Positions 17,193-27,766 of a DNA stretch of 64,000 nt are shown one piece after another; positions within the stretch are counted from its first letter, which is position 1, and each line of letters opens with the position of its first letter. A program made the position numbers and the translations under genes. Under the pieces are notes generated by a model, which saw only the letters and a program-made list of their open reading frames with translations, searched no databases and had not been told where the DNA came from. Source of the DNA: an uncultured virus (IMG/VR IMGVR_UViG_3300028380_000008) (taxonomy: Duplodnaviria > Heunggongvirae > Uroviricota > Caudoviricetes); IMG/VR virus record IMGVR_UViG_3300028380_000008; one strand, written 5' to 3'.

Positions 17193-17511
17193 AGACGTCG
17201 AGGATCACGTGGCGATGATGTTCCACGGGCTCGTGTCCGACCTCCAGCATAACGACGTCGCGGCGTTCGAGCGGGAGCAGGCGCGCCAGGCCGCCGCGCG
17301 CGCCGAGCTGCGCAAGCGGACCCCGAATCAGGGCCTCAACGCGGGCGAGCTGCTGAAGCAGCTCGACGGTGACCCCGCGGCGGCGGACCGCCGGGTCCAG
17401 AGCGAACTGGACCGCATCGACCGCGAGTCCAAGGCAGCCGCGGAGAAGAACAAGAGCAAGGTCGCGCCGTTGCCAGAAGGGCACTTCCCACCCCCGCCCG
17501 AGAGCGAGTAG
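17185..17511 (+). CDS. Hypothetical helical protein
   Basis: GAGGAG RBS, MPEDVEDH... Confidence 0.65.
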   Translation: MPEDVEDHVAMMFHGLVSDLQHNDVAAFEREQARQAAARAELRKRTPNQGLNAGELLKQLDGDPAAADRRVQSELDRIDRESKAAAEKNKSKVAPLPEGHFPPPPESE

Positions 17512-17520
17512 GCTGTCGCG

Positions 17521-17688
17521 ATGAAGCCGCAGCGCTACACGTGCTCTCAGTGCGGGTGCTCTTGGCTCGCTGCCGCCGGCCAGGGCGCTCGGTGCCCCAA
17601 CGGGTGCGACGTCGTCGCGAAATCGGAGGGCGAGTTCACGATGAAGACGTTCCAGGGCGGCGACGACCTGAAGAAGGGGCTCCGCTGA
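17521..17688 (+). CDS. Small zinc-ribbon protein (55 aa, not in ORF track)
   Basis: YTCSQCG...RCPNGC; TAGGCT -10 six nt before ATG. Confidence 0.6.
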   Translation: MKPQRYTCSQCGCSWLAAAGQGARCPNGCDVVAKSEGEFTMKTFQGGDDLKKGLR

Positions 17689-17692
17689 AGCC

Positions 17693-18124
17693 GTGCGGGT
17701 GTTCGGGACCACGCGGATGATCTGCACGCTGGACGCCGACCAGCTGCAGAAGGCGTTCGACCAGGAGGTGACGTTCGACGACACCGACCCGGCCACGGCG
17801 GCGCACACCCAGTCGGGTTTCGTCACGCTCGCCGCCTCCGCGTCGAGCCAGCCGTTCTCGTTCGGCAGCGTCACCGCGGCGTCGACGGTCCTGGTGATCG
17901 CGTACGACCCGGTCCAGGTGCAGCTCAACGGCAACGCCGCGCCGCTCGTCGACGTTACTCCGGTGCCGGCGAGCGCCGCGACCGCGGTCACCTCGGTCTA
18001 CCAGCGGCAGGACCAGCCGGGGCACCTGAGCCTGCGCGGCAAGGTCACGAGCCTCCACCTGACCAACCCGAGCAGCACGGAGACGGCTCGCGTGTTCGTC
18101 GCCGTCGTGGGCGACGCGGCGTAG
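17693..18124 (+). CDS. Putative virion beta-sandwich protein
   Basis: Thr/Ala/Val-rich; resembles 62243-62695. Confidence 0.6.
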   Translation: MRVFGTTRMICTLDADQLQKAFDQEVTFDDTDPATAAHTQSGFVTLAASASSQPFSFGSVTAASTVLVIAYDPVQVQLNGNAAPLVDVTPVPASAATAVTSVYQRQDQPGHLSLRGKVTSLHLTNPSSTETARVFVAVVGDAA

Positions 18125-18127
18125 CGC

Positions 18128-18157
18128 TGGACGCCCGCGCGAGGTGACTGGTATGCT
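18128..18157 (+). promoter_or_regulatory. Leaderless promoter
   Basis: TGGACG-18-TATGCT (extended TG)-6-ATG 18164. Confidence 0.6.
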
Positions 18158-18163
18158 GGCTGC

Positions 18164-18919
18164 ATGTCAGCGGGAACCGTAATCTCCGGGGGTTTCCCCG
18201 GGCGTGTCGCGCAGGAAGTCCAGCCCAACCAAAAGTGCGAGGGCTGTCTCCACTACGACGGCCAGGCGGGGAGGACCGGGGCATGCACGATCGGGTCTCG
18301 CCCATGGTTGTGTGGGGACGGCGGTGCCCAGGACGTCGGCTACGCGCCGATCGCTGCCGGCGCGGGCAGCTACCTGCCGGACATGAGCAACCACGGCGCG
18401 CACGCGCCGGAGGTCGACGGGCAGCACTCGTCGGACCTGCACGGGGTCGGGTCGACGAGGCCGGTCGTGTTCCGGCAGGTGTCGCTCGGCGAGGAGCACG
18501 TCCACCTCGTCAAGAGCATGGTCGAGCAGCACGGCAGGATCCAGAAGTCGCAGTGCAGGTTGTGCTCGCTGGCGGGCGCGCGCGGCGCGTCGTCGGCGAA
18601 CCACGAGTTCCAGACGTGCACCTGTGCCGCTCTCGACGCCGGCGTGGTCGCCAAGGCGATCGTCCAGCGGATGAGCAACGCGCAGCGCGTCGGTGTTCGG
18701 TTGGACGACGTCGCGCAGTGGGTGCGTGACGTGGCGAAAGCTGGGTTCCGGTTGCCTGTCCCGGACAAGGCACGCAGCTTGGGGTCTCACGTCGTCGACG
18801 ACCAGACCGATCGCGGGCCGAAGAAGGGACCGAAGAGGTCGATCTCCGACCAGGTCCGGATCGACGACAGCGGGGGCCACCTCCGCCCGTCGTCGAAGTC
18901 GCCCGCGAAAGCACGGTGA
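18164..18919 (+). CDS. Cys-rich hypothetical protein preceding portal
   Basis: CEGCLHY...C...C; CRLC...CTC. Confidence 0.65.
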   Translation: MSAGTVISGGFPGRVAQEVQPNQKCEGCLHYDGQAGRTGACTIGSRPWLCGDGGAQDVGYAPIAAGAGSYLPDMSNHGAHAPEVDGQHSSDLHGVGSTRPVVFRQVSLGEEHVHLVKSMVEQHGRIQKSQCRLCSLAGARGASSANHEFQTCTCAALDAGVVAKAIVQRMSNAQRVGVRLDDVAQWVRDVAKAGFRLPVPDKARSLGSHVVDDQTDRGPKKGPKRSISDQVRIDDSGGHLRPSSKSPAKAR

Positions 18920-18922
18920 TCT

Positions 18923-20659
18923 ATGGTCGACGAGCAGGTGGTCGCCTCGCAGCAGGCTGCGCTGCCGGCTGACATCCAGAAGGCGGTCGCGGCGGCGTTC
19001 GAGGAACTCCGCGAGCGGGCGTGGTCGAACGAGTCTGCGGTGGCGAAGGCCAGCGCCGCGCCGAACGACAACCAGCCGAAGTCGTGGTTCGCCGACCCGT
19101 TCGCGCTGCTGGACTCGGTCGGCATGGGGTACCGCAACGCGCCGACGTACCTGACGTACGACACCCTGCGCCAGGTGGCCGAGCGCGACACCTACGTCGC
19201 GCCGATCATATTGACGCGGATCGACCAGATCAACACGTTCGCTAGGCTGCAGCCGAACAAGTATTCCGTCGGGTTCTTGATTCGCCCGCGATTCGGCGAC
19301 AAGAAGCGCATGTTGTCGCGCAGCGAGAAGGAGCGGACCGAGCACCTGGCGATGATGGTGCTCAACACGGGGATCGAGTACAACCTCGGCCGCGACGGGC
19401 TCAGGCAGTTCATATCGAAGTTCGTGCGCGACTCGCTGACCTATGACCAGGGGTGCTTCGAGAGCATCCGAACGCGGTCCGGAGGTGTCCACTCGTTCCA
19501 CGCGGTGGACAGCGCGACGATCCGGACGACGACCCCGAAGCAGATGAAGGGGACACCTCCCCGGATCAACGACCTCAAGAAGGACATCCGCTACGTCCAG
19601 GTCATCAACTCGTCGATCACGGCGGAGTTCACCATCGACGAGATGGCGTTCTGCGTCCGCAACCCGAGGTCGAACGTCAAGACGTACGGGTACGGGCTGC
19701 CCGAGATCGAGACGCTGATAACGACGATCACCAGCCACCTGTGGGCCGAGGAGTGGAACCGCCGGATGTTCTCGCAGGGGAGCACCGTGAAGGGTTTGCT
19801 CAACGTCAAGGGCAACTTGCCTCCCGTCCAGTTCGAGGCGTTCAAGCGGATGTGGCACTCGCAGGTCGCGGGGGTCCAGAACGCGTGGAAGACACCGATG
19901 CTCAACTCGGAGGAGGTGCAGTGGGTCCCGCTGCAGCTCAGCAACACCGAGATGGGCTACCAGATGTGGATGGACTACCTCTGCAAGATCACCTGCGCGT
20001 TGTTCCGGATCGACCCGGCTGAGATTAACTTCGACCTTCGGGGCGGCGTGGGCGCGGCGCCGGTGTTCATGTCCACGAACGAGGCGCAGCAGAAGGCGAG
20101 CAAGGATCGCGGACTGCAGCCGCTGCTCGACTTCGTCGCGGACGCCATCAATCGTCACATCGTCTGGAAGATCGACCCGCGATTCGAGTTCGCGTTCATC
20201 GGCCTCGACGCGAAGACCGAGGAGCAGGCCATGCAGCTCCGCCAGCAGCAGGCCCAGTCGCACCTCAAGTTGAACGAGGTGCGCGCGATGGACGACCTGC
20301 CGCCTGTCGAGTACGGCGACGTCGTGCTCAACCCGGTCTACATCGGGTATCGGACCCAGATGATGATGGCACAGCAGCAAGCGCAGCAGCCGGGGCAGCC
20401 AGGTCAGCCCGGCCAAGACGGGCCGCCGCCCCGGTTCACGCAGCCGCCGGGGGACGAGGAGGAGCACGGCGCTGACCAGATCCGGCAGTTCGCCGAGGAC
20501 AAGCCGGGCCGGGCGGCGTCTTCCGACGAGGGGTCCGGTCCGTCTCCGCGCGTGCTGTCGCGCCTGCACATCGACGACTGGGACTCCGTGGTCAGCCACT
20601 CGATCAGGAGCGACGACCTCGCGAAGGCCGAGGTGTACGACGTCATCGACATCGACTAG
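18923..20659 (+). CDS. Portal protein, SPO1/Twort-like
   Basis: RDSLTYDQ, YGYGLPEIE, NAWKTP, DPAEINF, SKDRGLQPLL. Confidence 0.9.
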   Translation: MVDEQVVASQQAALPADIQKAVAAAFEELRERAWSNESAVAKASAAPNDNQPKSWFADPFALLDSVGMGYRNAPTYLTYDTLRQVAERDTYVAPIILTRIDQINTFARLQPNKYSVGFLIRPRFGDKKRMLSRSEKERTEHLAMMVLNTGIEYNLGRDGLRQFISKFVRDSLTYDQGCFESIRTRSGGVHSFHAVDSATIRTTTPKQMKGTPPRINDLKKDIRYVQVINSSITAEFTIDEMAFCVRNPRSNVKTYGYGLPEIETLITTITSHLWAEEWNRRMFSQGSTVKGLLNVKGNLPPVQFEAFKRMWHSQVAGVQNAWKTPMLNSEEVQWVPLQLSNTEMGYQMWMDYLCKITCALFRIDPAEINFDLRGGVGAAPVFMSTNEAQQKASKDRGLQPLLDFVADAINRHIVWKIDPRFEFAFIGLDAKTEEQAMQLRQQQAQSHLKLNEVRAMDDLPPVEYGDVVLNPVYIGYRTQMMMAQQQAQQPGQPGQPGQDGPPPRFTQPPGDEEEHGADQIRQFAEDKPGRAASSDEGSGPSPRVLSRLHIDDWDSVVSHSIRSDDLAKAEVYDVIDID

Positions 20660-20669
20660 GATCGCCGGG

Positions 20670-22592
20670 GTGAGCGTTTCGACCCCCTACCAGTTCGCGA
20701 AGCGCGGCAACTTGTTCATCATTCCGGTCGGGCCGTCGATCGACGAGGTCCCGTACCCGGCGCAGTCGTTCACCAAGCCGCCGCCGGCGAACTCGCTGTG
20801 GGTGAATGGTCGGATCCAGGAGACCGGGCTCCACCACGACCACGCGCGCATGTCGACGCACCTCTACCGCGAGGTCAGGGACGACCTCACGCGCTACTCG
20901 CCCGTCGAGGTCACGAGATCGGCTTTCTGCCGCTCCCACCACGCGTACGTCGGGGTCATCGACTCCCGAGGGGTTCCCTACTACTTCGCGCTCGACTCGC
21001 GCGGCGTGTCGGTGCGCGCGGCTGACTCGGAAGAGGCGGCGTGGAAGGCGTTCGACCGGATGTCGGACGGGGAGCACGCGGAAGCCGTGCGCCAGCGCCG
21101 CGCGGAGTCCGCCGAAGAGGTGAGGCGAAGCGGCGGAACAAGCCTCGTGATAACCAAAGGACTTAAGTACGGCAAGAAGACTGAGTGGAAGCACAACGTG
21201 CCGCACTCCACATGGTGGAGGAAGCTACCTAAGACCGAAGCGAGAGATGACCAAGGTGGTGATGACGATCACGACTTGGCCGACGCGCATACAGCGAACC
21301 CCAAGAAGGCAAAAACTTCCCAAACGAGCAGGTGGCGAGCTAAGTATCCGGGAGGGAAAGTAGACAAGATGACGACGAACAAATCAGAGATTCCACTCGT
21401 CGTCATCTCGGCCGTAGCGGCGGATGCGGGTGATCGCTCTGCTGGAGTCGATCCCGCGACGTACGCTGGCCTGAAGTACGCCGCTCTGATGCGACGGCTT
21501 GGAGCTGACCTCTGCGAAGACGAGGATCTGGATCCGCCCGTACCTGCCGATGAGCGCTTCTTGGACGTAGCCGTCGTCAAGGCGCTCCCGAAGAAGCCGA
21601 AGGTCGACGAGGTCAAGAAGACGCCGGCTCGGTCAGCGTCGAAGAAGCAAGCAGGCGCCGGCGGCAAGACGCGGTACACGTACCTGAGCGAGAAGAAGTC
21701 AGGAGCAGGTAACCAGGTGCCGCTCGTCATCGCGCACGATGACCACAAGCACGCCGATCCGTTCGAGCTCGCCAACCAGCTCGGGGTGTCAGTGCGGACG
21801 CTGCAGGCCGCGGCGCGCCGGTTGGGGCGTTCCGGGTTCGCCACGTTCATGCGGTCGCGCCTCAAGCGGTTCGCCGCGAAGCATCGTTTGGATCCTGACT
21901 ACTGGAACACGCTGTACGTGTCGTTGGAGTCGGGAGATGTCGACGTCAAGAAGAGTGAGAACGTCGACCTGAAGAAGTTCGGAGATGATGCAAAGAAGGT
22001 CGCGTCATCCGTACCAGAAAGCCACGTCGGGAGGTTTCACGGGAGCGACAAGGTGTTCATCCATCACGTGCATCACGAGATGAAGCGCCGTGGGATGTAT
22101 TCTGGTGGGTTGGACGAGTTCAAGAACCATCTAGTAGAAGCGCAACATAAGAGACATGTTAACTTGTCTCGAGCTGACCTAGTCGGCGCGATGGATCCGA
22201 AGCACGTGTCGCAATCTGAGACTCATGCTAACGGAGCTAGCTTCCACTTCGTTAATGCTGGGCACAACCCGCACGCAGCTAAAGAACTAGATCACGCGCA
22301 CGCGCCGCAGAGTGCTGGACACGCTGCGACAGATAAAATGAAGACGACGCGAGCGAAGCCGCATAAGAGCATCCATCATGAAGTGGCAGGTGTGTTGTCG
22401 CAAGAAGCACGCGATGCAACTAAGCACGCGACTAAAATAAATACTAAAGAAGCACATCTCGCGGCAATGACTGCACACCACCAGGCCGGAGCACAGCACC
22501 AGAAGGCATCCGGTGACGTGAACAACAAGACAGCGCTTAAGCACTTCGACCAATCGGTGTCTCACCTCAAGGCGTCGAAAGCGGCGAACTGA
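20670..22592 (+). CDS. Mosaic head-associated protein
   Basis: Follows portal; K-[A/S/G] motifs; lower-GC His-rich C-terminal modules. Confidence 0.7.
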   Translation: MSVSTPYQFAKRGNLFIIPVGPSIDEVPYPAQSFTKPPPANSLWVNGRIQETGLHHDHARMSTHLYREVRDDLTRYSPVEVTRSAFCRSHHAYVGVIDSRGVPYYFALDSRGVSVRAADSEEAAWKAFDRMSDGEHAEAVRQRRAESAEEVRRSGGTSLVITKGLKYGKKTEWKHNVPHSTWWRKLPKTEARDDQGGDDDHDLADAHTANPKKAKTSQTSRWRAKYPGGKVDKMTTNKSEIPLVVISAVAADAGDRSAGVDPATYAGLKYAALMRRLGADLCEDEDLDPPVPADERFLDVAVVKALPKKPKVDEVKKTPARSASKKQAGAGGKTRYTYLSEKKSGAGNQVPLVIAHDDHKHADPFELANQLGVSVRTLQAAARRLGRSGFATFMRSRLKRFAAKHRLDPDYWNTLYVSLESGDVDVKKSENVDLKKFGDDAKKVASSVPESHVGRFHGSDKVFIHHVHHEMKRRGMYSGGLDEFKNHLVEAQHKRHVNLSRADLVGAMDPKHVSQSETHANGASFHFVNAGHNPHAAKELDHAHAPQSAGHAATDKMKTTRAKPHKSIHHEVAGVLSQEARDATKHATKINTKEAHLAAMTAHHQAGAQHQKASGDVNNKTALKHFDQSVSHLKASKAAN

Positions 22593-22650
22593 CGCCAGCC
22601 TGGCTGATGTCCTGTACGAAGCAGCCGCGGTGCTGGTAGGCTATGCGTCG

Positions 22651-24360
22651 ATGCCGCGACAAGTCACGAAGGGCTTCCAGCTGGTCACGCTCGACGAGTG
22701 CTACCGCGACGTCGTGAAGGCGGACGGCGGAGCGGGTTCTCCGCGCCAGGTCAGCACTCCCGCTTCGCCGCCGCCGAGCACGTCGGACGTGGCGAGCCGC
22801 CCGAAGAAGTTCCCGCGTCGGCTGAAGCCGACCGTGCGGATGAAGCCGATCAGCGACGCGGAGGCCATGGCTCACATCGCGAGCGGCACCTACAACCCGA
22901 ACAAGCAGAAGTCGCTGCGCTGGCTCGTCGCGCTCAAGGCCCTCGCGACCGGGTACTCGAAGACGTCCGGGGGCGGGGCGCTCAAGGCGGCGAACCGTCG
23001 GAGCCGGGATCGGCCGAGCCGCCGGAGCTGGCGCACGGCTCCGTACCTCGGCCCCGACGGTCGGTACGGGAAGATGAGCGGCAAGGACCGCCGGCGGTCC
23101 CTGCGCCGAGCGATGGAGGCGATGTCGTCCCCCATCGGGTCGGCGAAGCCGCCGAGCGTGTACCTGCCGGGAGTCCACAACCCGAAGTCTCCGGTGCGTT
23201 CCGCGTCGGGGATCAAGAAGCCGAAGAAGCTGGCGGTCGCGAAGCCAGGCAGCTCAGGTAACAGCATGGGGAAGGCCGGCGAGACCGCCGCGGTGGGTCG
23301 CGGGAGTCGAGGCGGCGCTGTTGGGGCGATCACCGGCGCCGCCGTGGGTCGGACCCTCAACGACGCGCGCCATGGCAACTCTCCTGGACGCGACGTGACG
23401 CGGTTCGGGATAACAACCGTGGCGTCTAAGCCATCGAACATCTCAGCGAGCGAGCGCGAACGGATAAGCGCCAAACGTGCGGCGCGGATGGCAAAACAGA
23501 CAGCCGAGAAGTCCAGCAATCTGGAGAGCAGCATGGCGAAAGCGGAGCACAGCTTCGGTAGAGGGGACCTCGTCGTCCACAACGCGAGCGCGGACCCGAA
23601 GGCTCACGGGACCATCGGCGCCGTCGGTCCTCGCTCCACGGGCACACACATCCATCTCCGGACCGCGGGGTCTCCGCCTCGGATGGTCCACCACAGCGAG
23701 GTCCGCGCCGCGACCGCGGACGACATCAAGCATCACCAGAGCACGGTGCACAAGCTCCACGGCCTCGGCTTCACCGACCAGGCGACCGCGAAAGGAATTT
23801 CCATGTCGACGACGAATTTCAACGACCTGTTCAAGTCGGAACTCGGTACGCCGGAAGACGAGGTCCTGACCGACTGCCCGCACTGCGAGGCGCCGATCAC
23901 CAAGGGTGACCTCGAGAAGGCGCACAAAGGCAAGGGCAAGACGACGCACCAGACCGGACCGAAGCACGGGAAGTCCAGCGCGCACGTCCGGGACCACAAT
24001 CCGGAGGGCGGGACGATGCGGGGCGGCGACGGGCGTGGCGTCCACACGTCGAGCCGAGGCGTCCCCGGCGCGAAGAAGACCGACGAGGTCCGCATGGTCG
24101 GCCAGGGGCGGCGCGTGTTGAAGGCGGACGACGTGTCCGGAGAAGATGACCTGGATGACCGGACGAGCAAGGCCGAGGTCCCGCCGACCAAGGATGTCAA
24201 CAAGTCCGTCATCACGATCCGAGGCACCGAGTACGTGCAGTACGTCGACGACGGGTCGGATGGTCGGATCGCCAAGGCTATCGCCGAGGGAGCCATCGGC
24301 GGGACCTCCCCGACTCAACCGCTCGACCTGAACAACGACCTCTCGCGGCTCCTGATCTGA
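22651..24360 (+). CDS. Basic low-complexity head-associated protein
   Basis: TGgTAGGCT -10 eight nt before ATG; many K-[A/S] motifs; CPHC. Confidence 0.7.
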   Translation: MPRQVTKGFQLVTLDECYRDVVKADGGAGSPRQVSTPASPPPSTSDVASRPKKFPRRLKPTVRMKPISDAEAMAHIASGTYNPNKQKSLRWLVALKALATGYSKTSGGGALKAANRRSRDRPSRRSWRTAPYLGPDGRYGKMSGKDRRRSLRRAMEAMSSPIGSAKPPSVYLPGVHNPKSPVRSASGIKKPKKLAVAKPGSSGNSMGKAGETAAVGRGSRGGAVGAITGAAVGRTLNDARHGNSPGRDVTRFGITTVASKPSNISASERERISAKRAARMAKQTAEKSSNLESSMAKAEHSFGRGDLVVHNASADPKAHGTIGAVGPRSTGTHIHLRTAGSPPRMVHHSEVRAATADDIKHHQSTVHKLHGLGFTDQATAKGISMSTTNFNDLFKSELGTPEDEVLTDCPHCEAPITKGDLEKAHKGKGKTTHQTGPKHGKSSAHVRDHNPEGGTMRGGDGRGVHTSSRGVPGAKKTDEVRMVGQGRRVLKADDVSGEDDLDDRTSKAEVPPTKDVNKSVITIRGTEYVQYVDDGSDGRIAKAIAEGAIGGTSPTQPLDLNNDLSRLLI

Positions 24361-24363
24361 CGC

Positions 24364-25812
24364 GTGCCGTCCGTCAGCCTCGACGCGATGTTCGGTGACG
24401 GAGGGGCGGACCTGGGCGGCGACGTCGTCGCCAAAGCCCAGGTCCGGTTCCGCGTCCGGCCGCCGGCGCACCCGGCGGCGCAGGACGTCGTCGACCGCGT
24501 CGTGTCGGCGTACGACGAGCGGCTCGACATGATCCTCGACGAGATCGTCGCGGTGATCCGATGTGCGAACTCGGAGCGTCCACCCACACCCGTCCTCGTG
24601 GTCGAGGGTGACCGCTCCACCCCGCGGGATCTCGTGGCGAAGGCCACGCCGCGCGCGCCGTTTCGTCCGGGGTCGCGAGGAGGCAAGTGGTACCGCGACA
24701 GCAAGGGCAACGTGCGCTACGGGGAGCCTCCCGAGGGGCGTTTCATGGGGAACGCCGGGACGGATGCCCCGATGCCGCACCTCGACCACTTCCGGCCTCG
24801 TCAGTTCATGGGCACCTTCGGCAGCGACCGGGAGCTGACCGGGTTCTTGGTCGAGCACGGGAGCAAGCACGGGTTCTCCGACAGCGAGCTCCGGTTCCTC
24901 AGCGCGTGGTACGGCACCAGCGACGGGGACGGCGGCGCCCTCTACGACGCGTTCCTCGAGTGCGCCGGCTTGACGCGAGAGGAGGCGGCGAACGACGTCA
25001 CTAACCTCCGCTTCGGCAGCAAGCAGCTCACGTACGAGGAGGCGGTGTTCGAGTTCTTCGCGGCGCAGGGTGCGCTGTTCATGGGCGAGGAGCCAACCTC
25101 CCCGGACCAGGTGAAGGAGTGGCACGCCGTGTTGAACGACGAGATCAAGCCGCTGCTCGACGACGTGTTCGTCAAGTACGAAGGGATGAAGGATGACGAG
25201 TCCCTGCAGGAGCACTTCGCGGGCGAGTCCGGCCGGCAGCGTCGCCGGTTCTTCGACCACGCGCGTCGCTGCGCAGGTGACGTCGACGGGGTCTCCGACT
25301 CCGTCGTTGGTGACTGGGATCCGACCCGGGTGACGGACACGGTCTTGATGGGTATGCAGGCTCTCGGCCTGATCGCCCGCCGCGCCAGGGCGGAGCACCA
25401 CGCGTACGTCCACGGGCGCCCTCACCTCCGCGACGCGGTGGTCGTCGACGGCAGGTTGATCGCCAACGGGTCTGACAGCCCGCTTCTCGAGGGCGGCGGC
25501 AAGCTGGCCGAGCTGTCGTCCTCGCAGCTCATGCTGCTCTACGTGGCAGCCGAGCTGCACCGCAGGTGGGACGCGCACGCGCGGTCGTTCTCGCCGGAGA
25601 AGCAGGCGGACGTCGGCGCCGGCGAGCTCGGCGAGGCGGTGTTATCCGCGCTCGCGGGGAAGACTCCGCGGTGGGCCGAGGTGTCGAGCGTGATCCGCGG
25701 GCGCCTCGCGGAGCTGGTCGACCTCGTGGTGTCGCGGCTCAACGCCGTCAACTCCCGCGAGGGTCTGCCCACCAAGCACGGGCCGGCGAAGCGGCGGCGA
25801 GGGTCGCGGTGA
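24364..25812 (+). CDS. Head-region hypothetical protein
   Basis: VAKA motifs; PGSRGGKWYRDSKGNVRYG. Confidence 0.7.
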   Translation: MPSVSLDAMFGDGGADLGGDVVAKAQVRFRVRPPAHPAAQDVVDRVVSAYDERLDMILDEIVAVIRCANSERPPTPVLVVEGDRSTPRDLVAKATPRAPFRPGSRGGKWYRDSKGNVRYGEPPEGRFMGNAGTDAPMPHLDHFRPRQFMGTFGSDRELTGFLVEHGSKHGFSDSELRFLSAWYGTSDGDGGALYDAFLECAGLTREEAANDVTNLRFGSKQLTYEEAVFEFFAAQGALFMGEEPTSPDQVKEWHAVLNDEIKPLLDDVFVKYEGMKDDESLQEHFAGESGRQRRRFFDHARRCAGDVDGVSDSVVGDWDPTRVTDTVLMGMQALGLIARRARAEHHAYVHGRPHLRDAVVVDGRLIANGSDSPLLEGGGKLAELSSSQLMLLYVAAELHRRWDAHARSFSPEKQADVGAGELGEAVLSALAGKTPRWAEVSSVIRGRLAELVDLVVSRLNAVNSREGLPTKHGPAKRRRGSR

Positions 25813-26219
25813 CCGCCGGCCCATTCATCCTCGAGATCGACCCCGGCGTCGAAGGCGACGTCCCGTCGCTCCACGCGCTGACGCCGGCGTCCGTGCTCGT
25901 GGTCCTGGGTCGAGAGGACCTCGAGCAGAAGCTCGCGGCCTTCGCCGACCCGGTCAGGAACAAGGTCGTGCGCAACGCGCCGAAGGACCGGCGATGGTAC
26001 GTCGAGAAGATCCTCCCAGCGCTGCGGTTCTACTGCGACAAGTACGACGTCGAGCAACCGAGCTGGCTGGTGGGCAACAACCACTGGGAAGGGATGCCGC
26101 GGGACGAGCAGGAGCGGCTGTTCGGGCCAGGGGACCTGCGGTTCCGAGAATTCCGACCCGTGAGCTGCCCGGACATCGCCGTCGTCCGCGACGGCGACGA
26201 CGAGCAGGAGCCCGCGTAG
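25809..26219 (+). CDS. Hypothetical protein
   Basis: GTGA overlap; VTAGPFILEIDPG... Confidence 0.6.
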   Translation: MTAGPFILEIDPGVEGDVPSLHALTPASVLVVLGREDLEQKLAAFADPVRNKVVRNAPKDRRWYVEKILPALRFYCDKYDVEQPSWLVGNNHWEGMPRDEQERLFGPGDLRFREFRPVSCPDIAVVRDGDDEQEPA

Positions 26220-27166
26220 TGGCTCCCCGCATTCTGTCGCCGCTGCAGCGCCGGCGCATCCAGCAGGCGATCCGCGACGGCCACCTCGCGTTCCTGGCGG
26301 AGGTGTTCGGACCCACCGCGATCGACGCGGACGACTACGACCGGCTGCGCGCCGCCGGCAAGATCCGAGGCGAGAGGCTGATGCCGCAGGACGCCGCGCT
26401 GGCCGCCCACGCGATCGGGGCGATCGCCGGGCACGAGCAGGCGGATGGTCCGTCAGGTGACGGCAGCTTGCTGTCCGCGCCGGACGAGTTCTGGCAACAC
26501 GTCCGCGACGACCCGCAGGTCATCACGGAGGCCGAGCGCGAGGCCGTGACGGTGATCCGCGACCGGGTCGCGCAGTACGTGCGCGGGCTCGGCGACGGCC
26601 TCGACGCCGCGGTCGGCCACATACTGATCGACGTCGACGACGAGGCCCGGAAGGTGCGGTTGGTCCGAGGGGCCGCAGACGAGCGGGCGTCCAAGCAGGT
26701 GGTGATCGAGCGGGTCCGGGTGGCGATCAACAACCTCCGGCGGGACTGGCTCCGCGTCGCCCACACCGAGCTGCACAACGCGGCCGAGTCGGCGAAGGCG
26801 GTCGTGCTGGCGGGTCGCGACCCGGCGGTGTTCAAGCGCCCGCACCCGGACGCCTGCGCGTTCTGCAAGCTGCTGTACTTGAAGCCCGACGGTTTGACGC
26901 CGCGCGTGTTCAGGTTGTCCGCGCTCATCGCGAACGGCACGAACGTAGGTCGGCGAGCTCGCCGGCCGACGAGGTCGGGCAGGTCCCGCACGGAGTGGAA
27001 GCCCGTCCTCGGGGCGGTGCACCCGTTCTGCCGGTGCTCCATGAGCGTCCTGCCTGGTGGCATGGGCTTCGACGCCCACGGCCAGATGGTGTACGTTGGC
27101 GTCAAGAAGTCGGTGTCGGTCGAAGCGATCGACAAGGATCTCGTCAACCACACCTGCGAGGAGTGA
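26219..27166 (+). CDS. MuF/SPP1 gp7-like head morphogenesis protein
   Basis: RVAHTELHNA, DACAFC, GAVHPFCRC. Confidence 0.75.
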   Translation: MAPRILSPLQRRRIQQAIRDGHLAFLAEVFGPTAIDADDYDRLRAAGKIRGERLMPQDAALAAHAIGAIAGHEQADGPSGDGSLLSAPDEFWQHVRDDPQVITEAEREAVTVIRDRVAQYVRGLGDGLDAAVGHILIDVDDEARKVRLVRGAADERASKQVVIERVRVAINNLRRDWLRVAHTELHNAAESAKAVVLAGRDPAVFKRPHPDACAFCKLLYLKPDGLTPRVFRLSALIANGTNVGRRARRPTRSGRSRTEWKPVLGAVHPFCRCSMSVLPGGMGFDAHGQMVYVGVKKSVSVEAIDKDLVNHTCEE

Positions 27167-27171
27167 CACAG

Positions 27172-27750
27172 ATGGCGCGCATCACAGGAACCGTATCGCG
27201 CAGCGTACCGCTCGACCCCGTCATCGGCCGCCCGCTGACCCTGTCCGGCACGTTCGACCTCTTCGTGTCGGGGGCCGAGCTGGCGCGCATCACGCCGACG
27301 CTCGAGTCGCTCATCGCCTCGGGCATCATGACGAGCCACAACAGGTACCAGGAGAGCGACAGCCTCGTGGCCAACGTCACGGCCCCGATCGTCGACGTCG
27401 CGGCGAGCGGCACCGCGACGCCGGCCCCGCTCCAGACCATCTCGATCGCGGTCCCGGACGCCGCCGGCGACAACACGTACACGTACACGTCGGCGAAGAA
27501 GATCGAGGTCGTCGACGTCGTCGTCCACAAGAACGGGGCCGGCGCCGGCAACACGATCCAGCTACAGGACAACGCCGCCGCCGCGATCTCCGACGCGATC
27601 GTCGCCGCCGTCGACAAGGCCGTCACCCGAGCAGGGACGCTGGACCAGACCAAGAAGGTCATCAACGCGGGCTCAACGTTCAAGCTCCTCGCCCACCGCG
27701 CGGCCGGGACGATGGCGTCCGAGGTGTACCTGGTCGTCATCCTCCGGTGA
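27172..27750 (+). CDS. Putative head decoration or structural protein
   Basis: GAGGAG RBS; Ala/Thr/Val-rich beta composition. Confidence 0.6.
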   Translation: MARITGTVSRSVPLDPVIGRPLTLSGTFDLFVSGAELARITPTLESLIASGIMTSHNRYQESDSLVANVTAPIVDVAASGTATPAPLQTISIAVPDAAGDNTYTYTSAKKIEVVDVVVHKNGAGAGNTIQLQDNAAAAISDAIVAAVDKAVTRAGTLDQTKKVINAGSTFKLLAHRAAGTMASEVYLVVILR

Positions 27751-27766
27751 GACGGGCGTCCGCCGC

